Positions 9,177 to 19,501 of a DNA stretch of 37,062 nt are shown here, one piece after another (the first letter of the stretch is position 1; each line of letters starts with the position of its first letter). A model generated the notes under the pieces. The model made no database searches. It was not told where the DNA came from and worked only from the letters and a program-made list of their open reading frames with translations. Made by a program: the position numbers and the translations under genes. The stretch is from a virus (lineage: Duplodnaviria > Heunggongvirae > Uroviricota > Caudoviricetes), in the IMG/VR virus record IMGVR_UViG_2718218435_000004; one strand, 5' to 3'.

Positions 9177-9704
9177 TTATTGCGGCATTTCCGGCCATTC
9201 AGGATTTGCAGGATCCACACGACTGACCAGAACACTATAGCGTTCCCATGCCTCCAGTCGACTACGCTCCTCATCTGTTGCCATATTCAGCCTGACCGCG
9301 CGCTCCAGCGGCAAAATCACGGATTCAGCTTCGGAAAGCAGAGCTGCCTTATGTAATTCCGCCAGTTTCTGCTGTTCGTCTGCCGTATAAATCCGCTTAA
9401 TCACGGCACCATCCTTAAACATCCATTTACCTGAGTCGTCAGCACGTCGGTTGGAGGTAATATCAGGAACCTCAACAACGCTAAAACCTTCAGGATTAAG
9501 CGTTGAAGCATCTCTGGTGATAGCGACAATAATATTATTTTCATCGTAAACAATCTTTATTGTGTCTGGCTGAAAGTTCTTCACTTCCTCATACCAGTTT
9601 TTTCCGTCCTCAGAGTAAAGCCAGATAACTCCGTGTTTCTTTGTTAACTCATACTGTTCCAGTGTTTTAGCGTTACCCGCTTTTATGTTCTTTAAGTGCA
9701 TCAT
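9177..9704 (-). CDS. G: Tail fibre assembly chaperone G
   Basis: 175 aa (P2 gpG is 175 aa), immediately downstream of tail fibre gene H. Confidence 0.85.
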   Translation of the reverse strand: MMHLKNIKAGNAKTLEQYELTKKHGVIWLYSEDGKNWYEEVKNFQPDTIKIVYDENNIIVAITRDASTLNPEGFSVVEVPDITSNRRADDSGKWMFKDGAVIKRIYTADEQQKLAELHKAALLSEAESVILPLERAVRLNMATDEERSRLEAWERYSVLVSRVDPANPEWPEMPQ

Positions 9705-9705
9705 A

Positions 9706-11727
9706 TTAAACGCTCGCTACATTATACCAGGTGCCATTTATATACTTTTGAACGGGTCTGTAATAAACGCCCGCTATATTATCGGCAGAGTTGGACCCTG
9801 TATCCTGAACATTAATACCAGACAATACATGACCTGACGGGCACTGGAAATTCCATGTTTGCCAGTTGTTCACTCCATAATATTGCTGTGACCCAAGTCG
9901 AACATCTTTCACATATCTGGAATCAAAATTGCCATAGTTGCCAGGAATAACTTGCGAGCCACAAAGCCAGTTACCGTTATTATCCATGTACGCCTGACCA
10001 TCGGTGCCATTGGCTGTCCTTGAGTTATTAATCATGTAGATGCCAAATTGCTTGTTCCCCAGTCCACCTATCATGAACTTGCGGTCAGCGTGATTCTGGC
10101 GAAGCAACGCCTGAGCGCTATCAGTGTTAACTATATTTTTCCCAAAGATAGCGTTGTTATCGCGCATCTGAATCCACATACCATTACTGCTGTTAATAGC
10201 AAAACGGTCTGAAAGCGTCTCCCCTGAAACATTAAGGCCACGCCCCATCGAAACAGCGCCAGTAGCGTTATTAATCCATAATGGCCTTAATCCGTTATAA
10301 GTCCCCATGTTGTCACCGGAGTTTGTCAACATGAAGTATGTATTTGAACCATCATTACGAATAAAGAATCCGTAATTACCATAAGCAATACGTAGGCCGT
10401 TTGCTGATTTTGATATGACTTCGCCATTTACAATGGCATTGACAAGAACATACAAAGCATCCCATTTAAGATTCATCAGGTCTTTTGTTGTAGTACTCTG
10501 GCGGCTTCTCCATTTGAAATATTCATTGCCGTTATCCCCCGTTTCAAACCACATGAATGAATCAGTGTCACCATCGGCATCATTTTTAAATCCAATCTTC
10601 GCCCAGTCAGTATTTCGAATCCAGGCAAGGATTGAGTCGTTTTCAAAAGTAAGTCCACCGGACAAGGTATCGCCATTTTTTTGCACGGCGTTCCCGGCTC
10701 GGTTTACCGTTTCCTGTAAACCGAGATATTCGATAACGGCGGCAACGGTCGATTTAGCCAGAATATCCCGCCCGACTTTTGTCAGGGTTGCCAAGCTGGC
10801 AACATCATTCCCAATAAAATACGGAAACCTGTCTGCCGCAGTAGCAAGCCCCGCCAGTGCCGTCAGGGTGGCATCTTTCGGTTGCTTACCCGCAAGCGCA
10901 TTAGTCATGGTGGTAGCAAAATTCGGGTCATTGCCCAGCGCCGCCGCCAGCTCGTTCAGCGTATTCAGTGCGTCAGGCGACGAGTCTACAAGGGCGGCAA
11001 TCGCGGCCATAACGAAAGCCGTGTTTGCGATCTGAGTATTATTCGTTCCCTGTCGCGCAGTTGGCGTCGTTGGCGTTCCGGTCAGTGCAGGGCTGTTTAA
11101 TGGCGCTTTCTTGTTCGTTTCATCCATTACCGTCTTAACGGCTTTCGGCGTTGCAGCCAGTGTTTCAGACGTGCTGTTGGTCGCACTGCTTAACTGAGTA
11201 AAACCTTTTGCGGTCAGCGAGGCGTCAGGGTGACGTCGTGACTGTTCATGTTCTGCAATTTTGTCATCAACGTAATCCTGCGTCGCCATCACCGTTGTGG
11301 TGTCGATGGTCAGATCCACTGAGGCCACACTGCTGACGATAATGACCATGCGGCAGGTCTGCGAACGTCCTGAGCCTTCGGCAAGGGCTGGCTTATAACT
11401 TTCGGCCATGTTCGCCACGGCAATTAACGTTCCCGCATCATCGTACAGGCCAAGCTCACGCATCCAGAAACCGCCCACCTCCGGCGGAATAACCAGCTCT
11501 GCGATAATATAATTACTGTTTCGTTTGTCCTGGCTGATTTTGTTCAGCGCATGTCGCCAGACTTCGTGGATAAGCCCGGTCTGTCCGGCATCCGGGACAG
11601 GCAATTTACCACCGCCATCCCCGACGGCCATCGTGGTAATGTTGACCTTCCGCCCTCCCGGCGCGGTTGCCGCTGCCAGCTTTGCTGCACCGGCAGTGGT
11701 GATAACGGTTTTGAATTTTGTGCTCAT
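9706..11727 (-). CDS. H: Tail fibre protein H
   Basis: 673 aa; N-terminus [40 protein letters not shown]... matches P2 gpH; the C-terminal part is Asn/Gly-rich and likely the variable receptor-binding region. Confidence 0.9.
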   Translation of the reverse strand: MSTKFKTVITTAGAAKLAAATAPGGRKVNITTMAVGDGGGKLPVPDAGQTGLIHEVWRHALNKISQDKRNSNYIIAELVIPPEVGGFWMRELGLYDDAGTLIAVANMAESYKPALAEGSGRSQTCRMVIIVSSVASVDLTIDTTTVMATQDYVDDKIAEHEQSRRHPDASLTAKGFTQLSSATNSTSETLAATPKAVKTVMDETNKKAPLNSPALTGTPTTPTARQGTNNTQIANTAFVMAAIAALVDSSPDALNTLNELAAALGNDPNFATTMTNALAGKQPKDATLTALAGLATAADRFPYFIGNDVASLATLTKVGRDILAKSTVAAVIEYLGLQETVNRAGNAVQKNGDTLSGGLTFENDSILAWIRNTDWAKIGFKNDADGDTDSFMWFETGDNGNEYFKWRSRQSTTTKDLMNLKWDALYVLVNAIVNGEVISKSANGLRIAYGNYGFFIRNDGSNTYFMLTNSGDNMGTYNGLRPLWINNATGAVSMGRGLNVSGETLSDRFAINSSNGMWIQMRDNNAIFGKNIVNTDSAQALLRQNHADRKFMIGGLGNKQFGIYMINNSRTANGTDGQAYMDNNGNWLCGSQVIPGNYGNFDSRYVKDVRLGSQQYYGVNNWQTWNFQCPSGHVLSGINVQDTGSNSADNIAGVYYRPVQKYINGTWYNVASV

Positions 11728-11737
11728 TATTCCTCAC

Positions 11738-12268
11738 TTATCCGGGGTAAACCGTAATTACATCGCCGTCATAAGCCACACCACCGGCAAACAGGTAGCC
11801 GGGAATGTCCCGGGTAATGTTCAGACCAATAAGGTGGCGGCTTGCAGGTTTGGCATCAGCAATCAGCCGTTCCATTTCCTGATACATTGCCTCTGTGATG
11901 CCGCTTTCCAGTACACCAATATCAAGCCGGAAGGTGCCGGGCGGGTCACTGTTTTCCCACCACTCCGTCACGTTGATGAGATAGCCGAGCGGCTCCACCA
12001 CACGCCGGATTGCACCTATTGTGCCTTTATGACAGTGGATGAAATAGGCATCGCGGATAACGGCGCGTTTTGTCGCTTCCGGCCACTTTTCATCCCACCT
12101 GTCGACCGAAAACGCCCACGCCAGCCACGGCAGCAGATTTGCCGGACAGGTATCCGGGTTCCACAGCTCACGAATACTGACCGGCGTTTTTTCAATTTCC
12201 GCACAGGCTTTTGCGGCGGCGACTTCAAGCGGTGATGAGCCGGTCGGCAGCAGTCGCGAATCACTCAT
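11738..12268 (-). CDS. I: Baseplate protein I
   Basis: 176 aa, matches P2 gpI in length and position. Confidence 0.9.
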   Translation of the reverse strand: MSDSRLLPTGSSPLEVAAAKACAEIEKTPVSIRELWNPDTCPANLLPWLAWAFSVDRWDEKWPEATKRAVIRDAYFIHCHKGTIGAIRRVVEPLGYLINVTEWWENSDPPGTFRLDIGVLESGITEAMYQEMERLIADAKPASRHLIGLNITRDIPGYLFAGGVAYDGDVITVYPG

Positions 12269-13169
12269 CCGAGCCTCCGGTCACGACGCTGTATTCGGTA
12301 CAGAAAGACGCCTGCGTATTGTTGAGCACGATGTCGGCCAGCGGTGCAGCCAGTTCGACACGCTGCACGCCTTCCACATGCAAAGCGGCATAAATGGCAG
12401 ACAGACGGATGTCGCGCCCCAGCCGGTGCTGTGCCGTGATGTATGCTTCCAGTTTTTTCACGGCGGCCGCGCGGATGGGTTCACTTTCGGGACCAGGGTA
12501 AAGGTAAAGCGTGGCGTTTATCTGGTATTCAACAATGGCGGCAGACTGCACGGTCACGCGGTCGGCCACCGGTCTGACGTCCTCGCCATTCAGGGCGTTA
12601 CGCACCACCGCCAGCAGGTCTTTGGATGCGACACCGTTATTCTCACGTGACAGCACAGAGATGGTGACGCAGGCCGGAGACGGACTGGTGACAGAGATAT
12701 CCGCGACACGCCCGTCAGCACTGCGACCATGATACTGATAGGCACCCACCGACCCGGCGACGCTTAAACCTTCAAACGCCTGCTGAATACGCAGACGATA
12801 ATCGGTATCAGATTCCATCACTGCCGGTGTCGGCGGGATGGTCGAATCATCTGCCGGGGTGATAGTCAGACGCGTGGTGTTGTAATTGGCACCAATCACA
12901 TCAAGGTCATTACCGGCGGCACAGGCCAGCATCACCGCCCGTGCGGCCTCATTCACACGCTGACGCCAGATAAGCTCACGATAAGCATTTTCTTCCAGCA
13001 GTTTGACGAGAGGCTCAGATTCCAGTGTCAGGGTACGGGCGACCGCCTCCTGCTGGTCTTCCGGGTAAAGGGAAATCAGTGTCGCCTTGCGTTCGGCGAG
13101 AATGGTTTCAAAGTCCAGCTCCTCGACCACATCCGGTGCGGGTAGCTGGTTCAGGTCGATAATCGGCAT
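12261..13169 (-). CDS. J: Baseplate protein J
   Basis: 302 aa, matches P2 gpJ in length and position. Confidence 0.9.
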   Translation of the reverse strand: MPIIDLNQLPAPDVVEELDFETILAERKATLISLYPEDQQEAVARTLTLESEPLVKLLEENAYRELIWRQRVNEAARAVMLACAAGNDLDVIGANYNTTRLTITPADDSTIPPTPAVMESDTDYRLRIQQAFEGLSVAGSVGAYQYHGRSADGRVADISVTSPSPACVTISVLSRENNGVASKDLLAVVRNALNGEDVRPVADRVTVQSAAIVEYQINATLYLYPGPESEPIRAAAVKKLEAYITAQHRLGRDIRLSAIYAALHVEGVQRVELAAPLADIVLNNTQASFCTEYSVVTGGSDE

Positions 13170-13173
13170 GGTT

Positions 13174-13521
13174 TCAACTCACAGGGATGGTTAACGAAAG
13201 TGGCTGGCCGGTGTCGTTGTGCTGACCGGTTAACGTGACCGTCATTCGCCCGTCAAAACTGCGCGCCGTGGTGACGGATGACAGGGTGACGCGGGGTTCC
13301 CATTTCAGCACTGCCATGTAACAGGCGACCTTAATCTGCAACTCAAGCGCCGGGGTCTGCGGCTGGTCAATCATTGACGCCAGCAACGAGCCGTAATCAC
13401 GACGCATCACCCGTGAGCCGACGGGGGTACGCAGGATATCGCCGATACTCTGGCTGATATGCTCAAGGTCAGTGACAGTCAGGCCATCACTGCGATTCAT
13501 TCCGAGATAACGCGCAGTCAT
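13174..13521 (-). CDS. W: Baseplate protein W (gp25-like)
   Basis: 115 aa, matches P2 gpW. Confidence 0.9.
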   Translation of the reverse strand: MTARYLGMNRSDGLTVTDLEHISQSIGDILRTPVGSRVMRRDYGSLLASMIDQPQTPALELQIKVACYMAVLKWEPRVTLSSVTTARSFDGRMTVTLTGQHNDTGQPLSLTIPVS

Positions 13522-14153
13522 AGAGGTCCCCCGGTTGTGCCGCCGCTGTCGCCGGGGTGTTTATGGGTATGCAGTACCTTACCGTTTGATGAGAGCTCAC
13601 CGCCGGTGTGTTCAATGTTGCCGCGCATCGTCCCGCCCTTCTGCACTTCCAGCGTGCCGGTAATCAGCCTGTTGGTGCAGACCACCTCCGGTGTGTCCAG
13701 GGTGATGCGGGTTGATGCTTTCACCATGACCACCGGCACCGTGGCAGTAACAGAATCAGAAGCCGTCACGCTGGCCGTTTTAACTCCGCTTACCGTGAGC
13801 GCGCTGGTTTCAGGTTCATACTCAATCACCGCCCCGTCAGGGAAACGGATATGCAGGGCATCCGCCGACGCAGACGGCGCGGGGTTATCGCCGGAATAAA
13901 TCCCCGGCAGAACGAACGCCGTGTCGAGTTCACCACCCACGGCCAGAATCAGCACCTGTTCCCCCACGGAAGGTGCCCACCATGTGCGCGAACGCCCGGC
14001 GCGATGGGTCAGCCACTGAAGCCAGTCGGTGCACATGCCGCCGGTCTGCACACGGCAGCGACCGGCATTAAGGTCGGTTTCGACGATAATGCCGGTGCGG
14101 ATCATGTTGCGCAGTGCGCGCGCGAGTTCCTGAATATTTGCGAGAGTGTTCAT
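13518..14153 (-). CDS. V: Baseplate spike protein V
   Basis: The ORF-track ORF begins at a non-ATG codon; the P2 gpV N-terminus MNTLANIQELARALRNMIRTGIIVETDLNAGRCRV starts at the internal ATG, giving 211 aa. Confidence 0.9.
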   Translation of the reverse strand: MNTLANIQELARALRNMIRTGIIVETDLNAGRCRVQTGGMCTDWLQWLTHRAGRSRTWWAPSVGEQVLILAVGGELDTAFVLPGIYSGDNPAPSASADALHIRFPDGAVIEYEPETSALTVSGVKTASVTASDSVTATVPVVMVKASTRITLDTPEVVCTNRLITGTLEVQKGGTMRGNIEHTGGELSSNGKVLHTHKHPGDSGGTTGGPL

Positions 14154-14236
14154 GCGTGTGAGATTGCACAATATATAAAAGTTATGCTATCTGGATTCAT
14201 TTGTAGAACGACCATACAACATTCGAGGAGAGCGTA

Positions 14237-15022
14237 ATGTTCAGTGATAATGTGACTAATGCGTGGTGGTTTATCTCTTTGTATCTATTTTTATTAATAG
14301 CATTAACATTTGTTACCTTTGGTAAAAGTAATCTTATGAGGTTTATTGCACATCATTTCAATCTTGAGTATTCAGACAGAAAGTTAAAAATGCTCGACAA
14401 AAAATGGCGCGACATTCAACTATTTAAAATAATTAACGGAATCAATGTATCAGGCATCGAAGATGTGAGAATGATACAGCAGGGGCTGATTGATGGAAAA
14501 CTAAAAACATCGTATTTTTTCCTTACTCGCTTCTGGGGTGACATAACAAAACCACCACACATAATTAAAACAACAATTGTAATTCTGGCCAGTATTATTT
14601 ATATTCTCTTCGCATGTTATATACACAATGAACAATCCGCTATAGTAAGGGATGCCATAGGTATACCATATAAAAATATGATGTACTATGTTTATAGTGA
14701 CAAAGTTCTTTTATCCTTCAAAAATAAAACGGTTGAATTTAATAAAACTTATAGCCTTGCCGATTGCAAGAGTCTGCAAAACGTATTTATAAAAGACACA
14801 CTTCCCGAGATCGCCTGCAATAAGCTCTTACAGCTAAACAAGGAGGACTCCGAATGGTTAAGTCAGGAGATTAAAGATAATAACAGCTACAGAAAAACAT
14901 TATTAATAATATCCCTAACCTATTTCATTTCAGGTCTGCTTATATTCCTGTCATATACAAAATTCCTTTACGCCAATAAGAAGGTTGTAGAATACAAAGC
15001 ATCAAATAAAAATCACTCATAA
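14237..15022 (+). CDS. Hypothetical 261-aa membrane protein (about three predicted TM helices) in the orf30 cargo slot between V and S
   Basis: ATG with a GAGGAG Shine-Dalgarno; very AT-rich; transcribed opposite to the late tail genes; hydrophobic stretches near residues 10-28, 103-123 and 218-240. Confidence 0.7.
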   Translation: MFSDNVTNAWWFISLYLFLLIALTFVTFGKSNLMRFIAHHFNLEYSDRKLKMLDKKWRDIQLFKIINGINVSGIEDVRMIQQGLIDGKLKTSYFFLTRFWGDITKPPHIIKTTIVILASIIYILFACYIHNEQSAIVRDAIGIPYKNMMYYVYSDKVLLSFKNKTVEFNKTYSLADCKSLQNVFIKDTLPEIACNKLLQLNKEDSEWLSQEIKDNNSYRKTLLIISLTYFISGLLIFLSYTKFLYANKKVVEYKASNKNHS

Positions 15023-15031
15023 ACCTCTAAA

Positions 15032-15067
15032 CATTGAGCGACCAGCATGGCCGCTCAATGTTTAATT
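15032..15067. terminator. Stem-loop between the convergent orf30-slot gene and S, possible bidirectional terminator
   Basis: cattgagcg - 11-nt loop - cgctcaatg followed by tttaatt. Confidence 0.4.
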
Positions 15068-15093
15068 GCGCATCAGCCTCTGCCTGGATAAAA

Positions 15094-15546
15094 CTAACGC
15101 TCAAGGTGAGCCAGGATAATCTCTTCAATCATCTGCACATCCTCACCGGTAAAGCCGAGCAGAGGACGCGCCGGATAATCAATTTTCTTACCGTTTTTCC
15201 GGGTTTCTTCCGACAGACCGAACTGATGCACACTGGCGATTTTCGGCGACTTCCCGCCGTAAAATTCCATTGATGCCTGTTCCGGGCTGGCGCGGATATG
15301 CAAAAAACGACTGGTGATAAGTTTCGCAAACATTTTTCGCTTAACACGACCGGCCTTTTTTCTGGCGCTCTGCTGCTGGCGTGGCGCGTAGGGTGTGCCG
15401 TCCGGGGCTTTCTGTGCCATCACCCGACGCTGCTGACTCTGACGCAGACGTTTCGCCAGTTCGGCGCTCAGTCGCCGACGCCCTGACGGTGACAGCGATT
15501 CAATAAGTCCCGCCAGCCGGTCTTCAAAACGCTTAAACTCATTCAT
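15094..15546 (-). CDS. S: Tail completion protein S
   Basis: 150 aa, matches P2 gpS. Confidence 0.9.
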   Translation of the reverse strand: MNEFKRFEDRLAGLIESLSPSGRRRLSAELAKRLRQSQQRRVMAQKAPDGTPYAPRQQQSARKKAGRVKRKMFAKLITSRFLHIRASPEQASMEFYGGKSPKIASVHQFGLSEETRKNGKKIDYPARPLLGFTGEDVQMIEEIILAHLER

Positions 15547-16006
15547 CCCACTTGCTCACCAGTTCGCCATTGATATAAAGCTCCATCGGGCGGGTGGCCG
15601 GCTCCGGCGGCGTGGGTTCCGGGATATTCTTCACATGCAGCGCACCGTCAACCTCACTGACCAGCGTGCGCTCGGTCAGCATCAGGCTGATACTGATATC
15701 AAAGCTGCTGTCATTGTTGATGTCTGCATAAAACGTGAAACCTTTTTTCTGGCCTTCGTCGGTGGTCATGATGTCGGGCTGATTTTCCCGCAGCCACGCC
15801 AGCACCGGCACGATGAGCAGGTCAAAATCACCGGTAAAGTCGGTCACAATCACATTGAGCGTGTAACGCTTTTCGAATGACAGCGACGTCGCCAGTGTGG
15901 AGGCAATACTCCCGTTATCCACGAATATCCGCAGCATCTCTGGACTGGTTTTCAGCACCGTGACGGCATCAGTCAGCGCCCTGCGCAGGCTGTCGGGTTT
16001 GAGCAT
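15539..16006 (-). CDS. R: Tail completion protein R
   Basis: 155 aa, matches P2 gpR. Confidence 0.9.
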   Translation of the reverse strand: MLKPDSLRRALTDAVTVLKTSPEMLRIFVDNGSIASTLATSLSFEKRYTLNVIVTDFTGDFDLLIVPVLAWLRENQPDIMTTDEGQKKGFTFYADINNDSSFDISISLMLTERTLVSEVDGALHVKNIPEPTPPEPATRPMELYINGELVSKWDE

Positions 16007-16259
16007 CGTTTTCGTCCTGACAGTGTTTAATCATTTTTACCTGGCTGGCACAGCGTGCCAGCGCGTTCTCAAGCTGCCGGATATCAGCACTTAAATCGCC
16101 GTTCGTCTGCGGGTCACTGCCCGGCATCGGGCAAAGGCTCACTTTCGGGCAGGCGTTGGCGACAATCACTGGCGTCGGTGCAGGCCGGACGCTGGTGCAA
16201 CCGGCGCACAGCATCAGGCAGGTCAGCACCGTACCAGCGGCGGAAATCTTCGTTTTCAT
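15969..16259 (-). CDS. lysC: LysC, Rz1-like outer-membrane lipoprotein spanin component
   Basis: 96 aa with a signal peptide and lipobox (LMLCAGC); lies in an alternative frame overlapping the 3' end of lysB and the 5' end of R, as in P2. Confidence 0.75.
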   Translation of the reverse strand: MKTKISAAGTVLTCLMLCAGCTSVRPAPTPVIVANACPKVSLCPMPGSDPQTNGDLSADIRQLENALARCASQVKMIKHCQDENDAQTRQPAQGAD

Positions 16260-16539
16260 TCAGTAACCTCGTGATGGTTTTCTCGCGCTGTGCTTCACGC
16301 TTCGCGGCGTTTTCCAGCTCCTGACGCAGTGCCACCTGCGCCAGCTCGTTTTTGTCTGCCCTGGTGAGGGCAACATGAAGCTGATTTTTCAGCATGGTGA
16401 TGGTCGTCTGCTGTTCACTGGCGACGTTATTCGCCCTGTCCAGCGAGGCGCGCAGGCTGGCATTTTTGTGTTTCACCAGAAACAGACCGGACAGCGCCAG
16501 CGATAACAACACGACCAGCACAATCATCAGCTTTGACAT
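16114..16539 (-). CDS. lysB: LysB, Rz-like inner-membrane spanin component
   Basis: 141 aa with an N-terminal TM segment and coiled-coil; matches P2 LysB. Confidence 0.85.
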   Translation of the reverse strand: MSKLMIVLVVLLSLALSGLFLVKHKNASLRASLDRANNVASEQQTTITMLKNQLHVALTRADKNELAQVALRQELENAAKREAQREKTITRLLNENEDFRRWYGADLPDAVRRLHQRPACTDASDCRQRLPESEPLPDAGQ

Positions 16540-16952
16540 GGTTCCCGCTCCTCAAGACGCTGACGGCAGGCCGTACATATCAGCCGGAAGAACAGCGACG
16601 CCACGAGATAAATCAGCGCGGTAAAAATCCACCCGGCAGCGACCAGCGAGATAAACGTCGCCACCATCACCACCAGAGCCGCTGCCCGCCTGCGCCACGG
16701 CACCGGCTGCAAAAACAGCGACTTGACAATCTTCACGGCCAGCGATTCCGGTGGCAGCTCCCGCCCGTAGCGTTCCAGCACATACTCCGTGGCATACACG
16801 CCGACACCACCGGCAACCACACAAATAACCGTCGCCAGAATCGCCCAGGTGGCGACAAAACTGACGGCCACGCTCTGCGGATAAATCAGGGACAGTGCCA
16901 GCATCAGCGCCAGCGACACGTTCAGCATCAGTGAAAGGGATAATTTCTTCAT
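16527..16952 (-). CDS. lysA: LysA, lysis-timing membrane protein
   Basis: 141 aa multi-TM protein, matches P2 LysA. Confidence 0.85.
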   Translation of the reverse strand: MKKLSLSLMLNVSLALMLALSLIYPQSVAVSFVATWAILATVICVVAGGVGVYATEYVLERYGRELPPESLAVKIVKSLFLQPVPWRRRAAALVVMVATFISLVAAGWIFTALIYLVASLFFRLICTACRQRLEEREPCQS

Positions 16953-16966
16953 GGTGTTTACTCCGT

Positions 16967-17464
16967 TTAAGCCGGTACGCCGCCAGCGGTACGCCAGACG
17001 GTGACCAGTTTTTCCAGTGAATGCTCACGCTGACCGTAACCGGCACCCGGCAGGGACGCCCAGATATTGCGACAGCGTGAAATGGCGCGCTCAATGCGTC
17101 CCGCCCGGATGTCATCCAGTGCACCGCGTTCGCGGATCAACTGAATGGCGAGTCTGTCCTGTGACAACGGACTGAAATCAGGCAGGGCAAGCTGTTTGCG
17201 ATAGTGCGGCCAGAACAGGTAAAGCTGCTGATAGCGACCGGAGGCCGTGGATTTTTCACCGCGACGGTTAAACACCTTCGCCGGTCGGCCATGCGCGAAC
17301 GGGTGGTCACTGTAGTCGGTGAAAATTTCCGGCTTCCCGTCCAGTCCGGTGACTATCACGTCATAGCCCCGGTTTTTCGTCAGCGGATGATTCGCCGTCC
17401 CTTCGGACACGGCCAGCATGTCGAGAAAGGCAGCGATATTCTGATGCGTGTTAATTACCGGCAT
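16967..17464 (-). CDS. K: Endolysin K (lysozyme)
   Basis: 165 aa, matches P2 gpK (MPVINTHQNIAAFLDMLAVSEGTANHPLTKNRGYDVIV...). Confidence 0.9.
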   Translation of the reverse strand: MPVINTHQNIAAFLDMLAVSEGTANHPLTKNRGYDVIVTGLDGKPEIFTDYSDHPFAHGRPAKVFNRRGEKSTASGRYQQLYLFWPHYRKQLALPDFSPLSQDRLAIQLIRERGALDDIRAGRIERAISRCRNIWASLPGAGYGQREHSLEKLVTVWRTAGGVPA

Positions 17465-17745
17465 TACGGTTTCCCCCTGCCCTTAAAGCGGCGCTGAATG
17501 GCAATCTCAATCACCTGATAACCGGCGATACCCAGCATGGAGCCGATACCGCACACCGCAGGCAGTGACAGGTCAGGAAACTGCACCAGAACAACACCGG
17601 CAACCATCGAGACAAAACCACCGAGCAACATGCGCCCGATAAACAGACGCGGGGTGATGGGTTCACCACCGGCAAGCACCTTGCCGACAACAATCAGCAC
17701 CCCAATCATGAAAAGCGACAGGACGCTTTTTTCTTCTGCTGTCAT
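17464..17745 (-). CDS. Y: Holin Y
   Basis: 93 aa with TM segments, matches P2 gpY. Confidence 0.9.
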   Translation of the reverse strand: MTAEEKSVLSLFMIGVLIVVGKVLAGGEPITPRLFIGRMLLGGFVSMVAGVVLVQFPDLSLPAVCGIGSMLGIAGYQVIEIAIQRRFKGRGKP

Positions 17746-17948
17746 GCGTTACTCCTGCGTATTTTCATGAAAGGAGATCACTCAATAACTTCCATCGAGA
17801 TCGGGTAATAACATTTGAACAGATCGCTGAATAACATCGATGGAGATCACTTTTGACTCATTTTGTTATTCAGTGATCTCCATCAATGTTATTGGAACTT
17901 CACAGGTGTGTTGATCTGTATCTTTTGCCATTCCGGTAAAGGATACCT

Positions 17949-19490
17949 ATGCCAACAGTTCCAATTTCTATGAGAAAACTTAAAGAAATTCTTAGGCTTA
18001 AATACGGTGTTGGACTCAGCCATCGACAAATTGGTCGTAGTCTTGCAATCTCCCCTTCCGTTGTATCCAGATATGCTAATCGGGCGGCTCAACTTGGCAT
18101 AAAGCAGTGGCCCTTACCTACAGGATGGGATGATACAAAACTAAAACATGCGTTCCTTCAGACCCAGGTTAAGATGAAGAAGCACTCTCTGCCTGACTGG
18201 GCTACAGTACACCGGGAACTGCGTAATAAATGCGTGACGCTGCAGCTACTCTGGGAAGAATACTGTGAGCGTAATCCAGGCGGTTTTTACAGCTATAACC
18301 ATTACTGCCGGATGTACCGTGAATGGCTCAAAACCACTTCACCATCAATGCGTCAGGTACATAAAGCTGGCGAAAAACTTTTCGTTGATTACTGTGGACC
18401 TACCGTTGGCGTTACCGACCCTGAGACCGGAGAAATAAGAACTGCTCAGGTCATCGTAGCTGTTCTCGGGGCATCAAGTTACACATGGGCAGAGGCCACC
18501 TGGTCTCAGCAGCTTGAAGACTGGGTGATGAGTCATGTTCGCTGCTTCCAGTGGTTGGGTGGCGTTCCTGAACTTGTTGTTCCGGACAATCTGAAAAGCG
18601 CCACATCCAGGGCATGTAAGTATGATCCTGACGTTAACCCTACCTACCAGCAGATGCTTGAGCATTATAATGTCGCAGTTTTGCCTGCGCGGCCACGTAA
18701 ACCGAAAGATAAAGCCAAAGCTGAAGTTGGCGTTCAGGTTGTTGAACGCTGGATCATGGCCCGAATCAGGCATGAGATCTTCTACAGCCTTGCATCGCTT
18801 AATCAGCGCATTCGGGAGTTGCTGGAAAGACTGAATAACAAAATAATGCAGAAGTTGGGTTATTCACGTGCAGAACTCTTCATCCAGCTTGATAAACCCG
18901 CACTGAAGCCTCTTCCTGAAGCCAGTTACAGTTACACCCTGGTGAAGAAAGTCAGAGTTCATGCCGATTACCACGTGGAAATCGACAAACATTACTACTC
19001 GGTTCCATGTTCGCTGTTAGGCCAGCAACTGGAAGCATGGATCTCCGGAGAACTGGTAAGACTCTTCAATCAGGGGCAGGAGGTTGCTGTGCACCCGCGC
19101 AAGCGTACTTATGGCTACAGTACCCGCAACGAGCACATGCCTGAAGCTCATCGACAGCATGCCACCTGGACGCCAGAGCGTCTTCTGGAATGGGCGGGGC
19201 ACATAGGCAGTGAAACTCATAGTTATGTGCTTCATATACTGAACTCTCGTCCACATCCGGAACAAAGCTATCGCTTCTGCCTTGGACTCCTGAACCTTCA
19301 TAAAAAATACAGTAAAGCCAGACTTAATGCAGCATGTGCAAGAGCTCTGAAAACAAAGGTATGGCGTCTGTCAGGTATTAAATCGATCCTGGAAAAAGGT
19401 CTGGATAAACAACCTGTTCAGGATCCAAAACCAGATCTGTTATCCACGATGGAACACGAAAACGTACGCGGCAGTGAGTATTACCACTGA
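17949..19490 (+). CDS. istA: IS21-family transposase IstA
   Basis: 513 aa; N-terminal HTH region followed by a DDE transposase core; immediately followed by istB. Confidence 0.9.
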   Translation: MPTVPISMRKLKEILRLKYGVGLSHRQIGRSLAISPSVVSRYANRAAQLGIKQWPLPTGWDDTKLKHAFLQTQVKMKKHSLPDWATVHRELRNKCVTLQLLWEEYCERNPGGFYSYNHYCRMYREWLKTTSPSMRQVHKAGEKLFVDYCGPTVGVTDPETGEIRTAQVIVAVLGASSYTWAEATWSQQLEDWVMSHVRCFQWLGGVPELVVPDNLKSATSRACKYDPDVNPTYQQMLEHYNVAVLPARPRKPKDKAKAEVGVQVVERWIMARIRHEIFYSLASLNQRIRELLERLNNKIMQKLGYSRAELFIQLDKPALKPLPEASYSYTLVKKVRVHADYHVEIDKHYYSVPCSLLGQQLEAWISGELVRLFNQGQEVAVHPRKRTYGYSTRNEHMPEAHRQHATWTPERLLEWAGHIGSETHSYVLHILNSRPHPEQSYRFCLGLLNLHKKYSKARLNAACARALKTKVWRLSGIKSILEKGLDKQPVQDPKPDLLSTMEHENVRGSEYYH

Positions 19491-19501
19491 TACGGGATCC
19501 A

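Noticed and set aside
10415-12393. + strand ORFs (206, 72, 236, 68, 60 aa) and an 82-aa - strand ORF overlapping H, I and J
   Set aside because: Antisense or alternative frame to conserved tail fibre and baseplate genes; no support.
16533-17124. + strand 133-aa ORF and - strand 190-aa ORF overlapping lysA and K
   Set aside because: Alternative-frame ORFs over known lysis genes; His/Arg/Gln-rich low-complexity translations.
18474-19301. - strand ORFs (99, 94, 62 aa) inside istA
   Set aside because: Antisense to the transposase gene; no evidence of coding.
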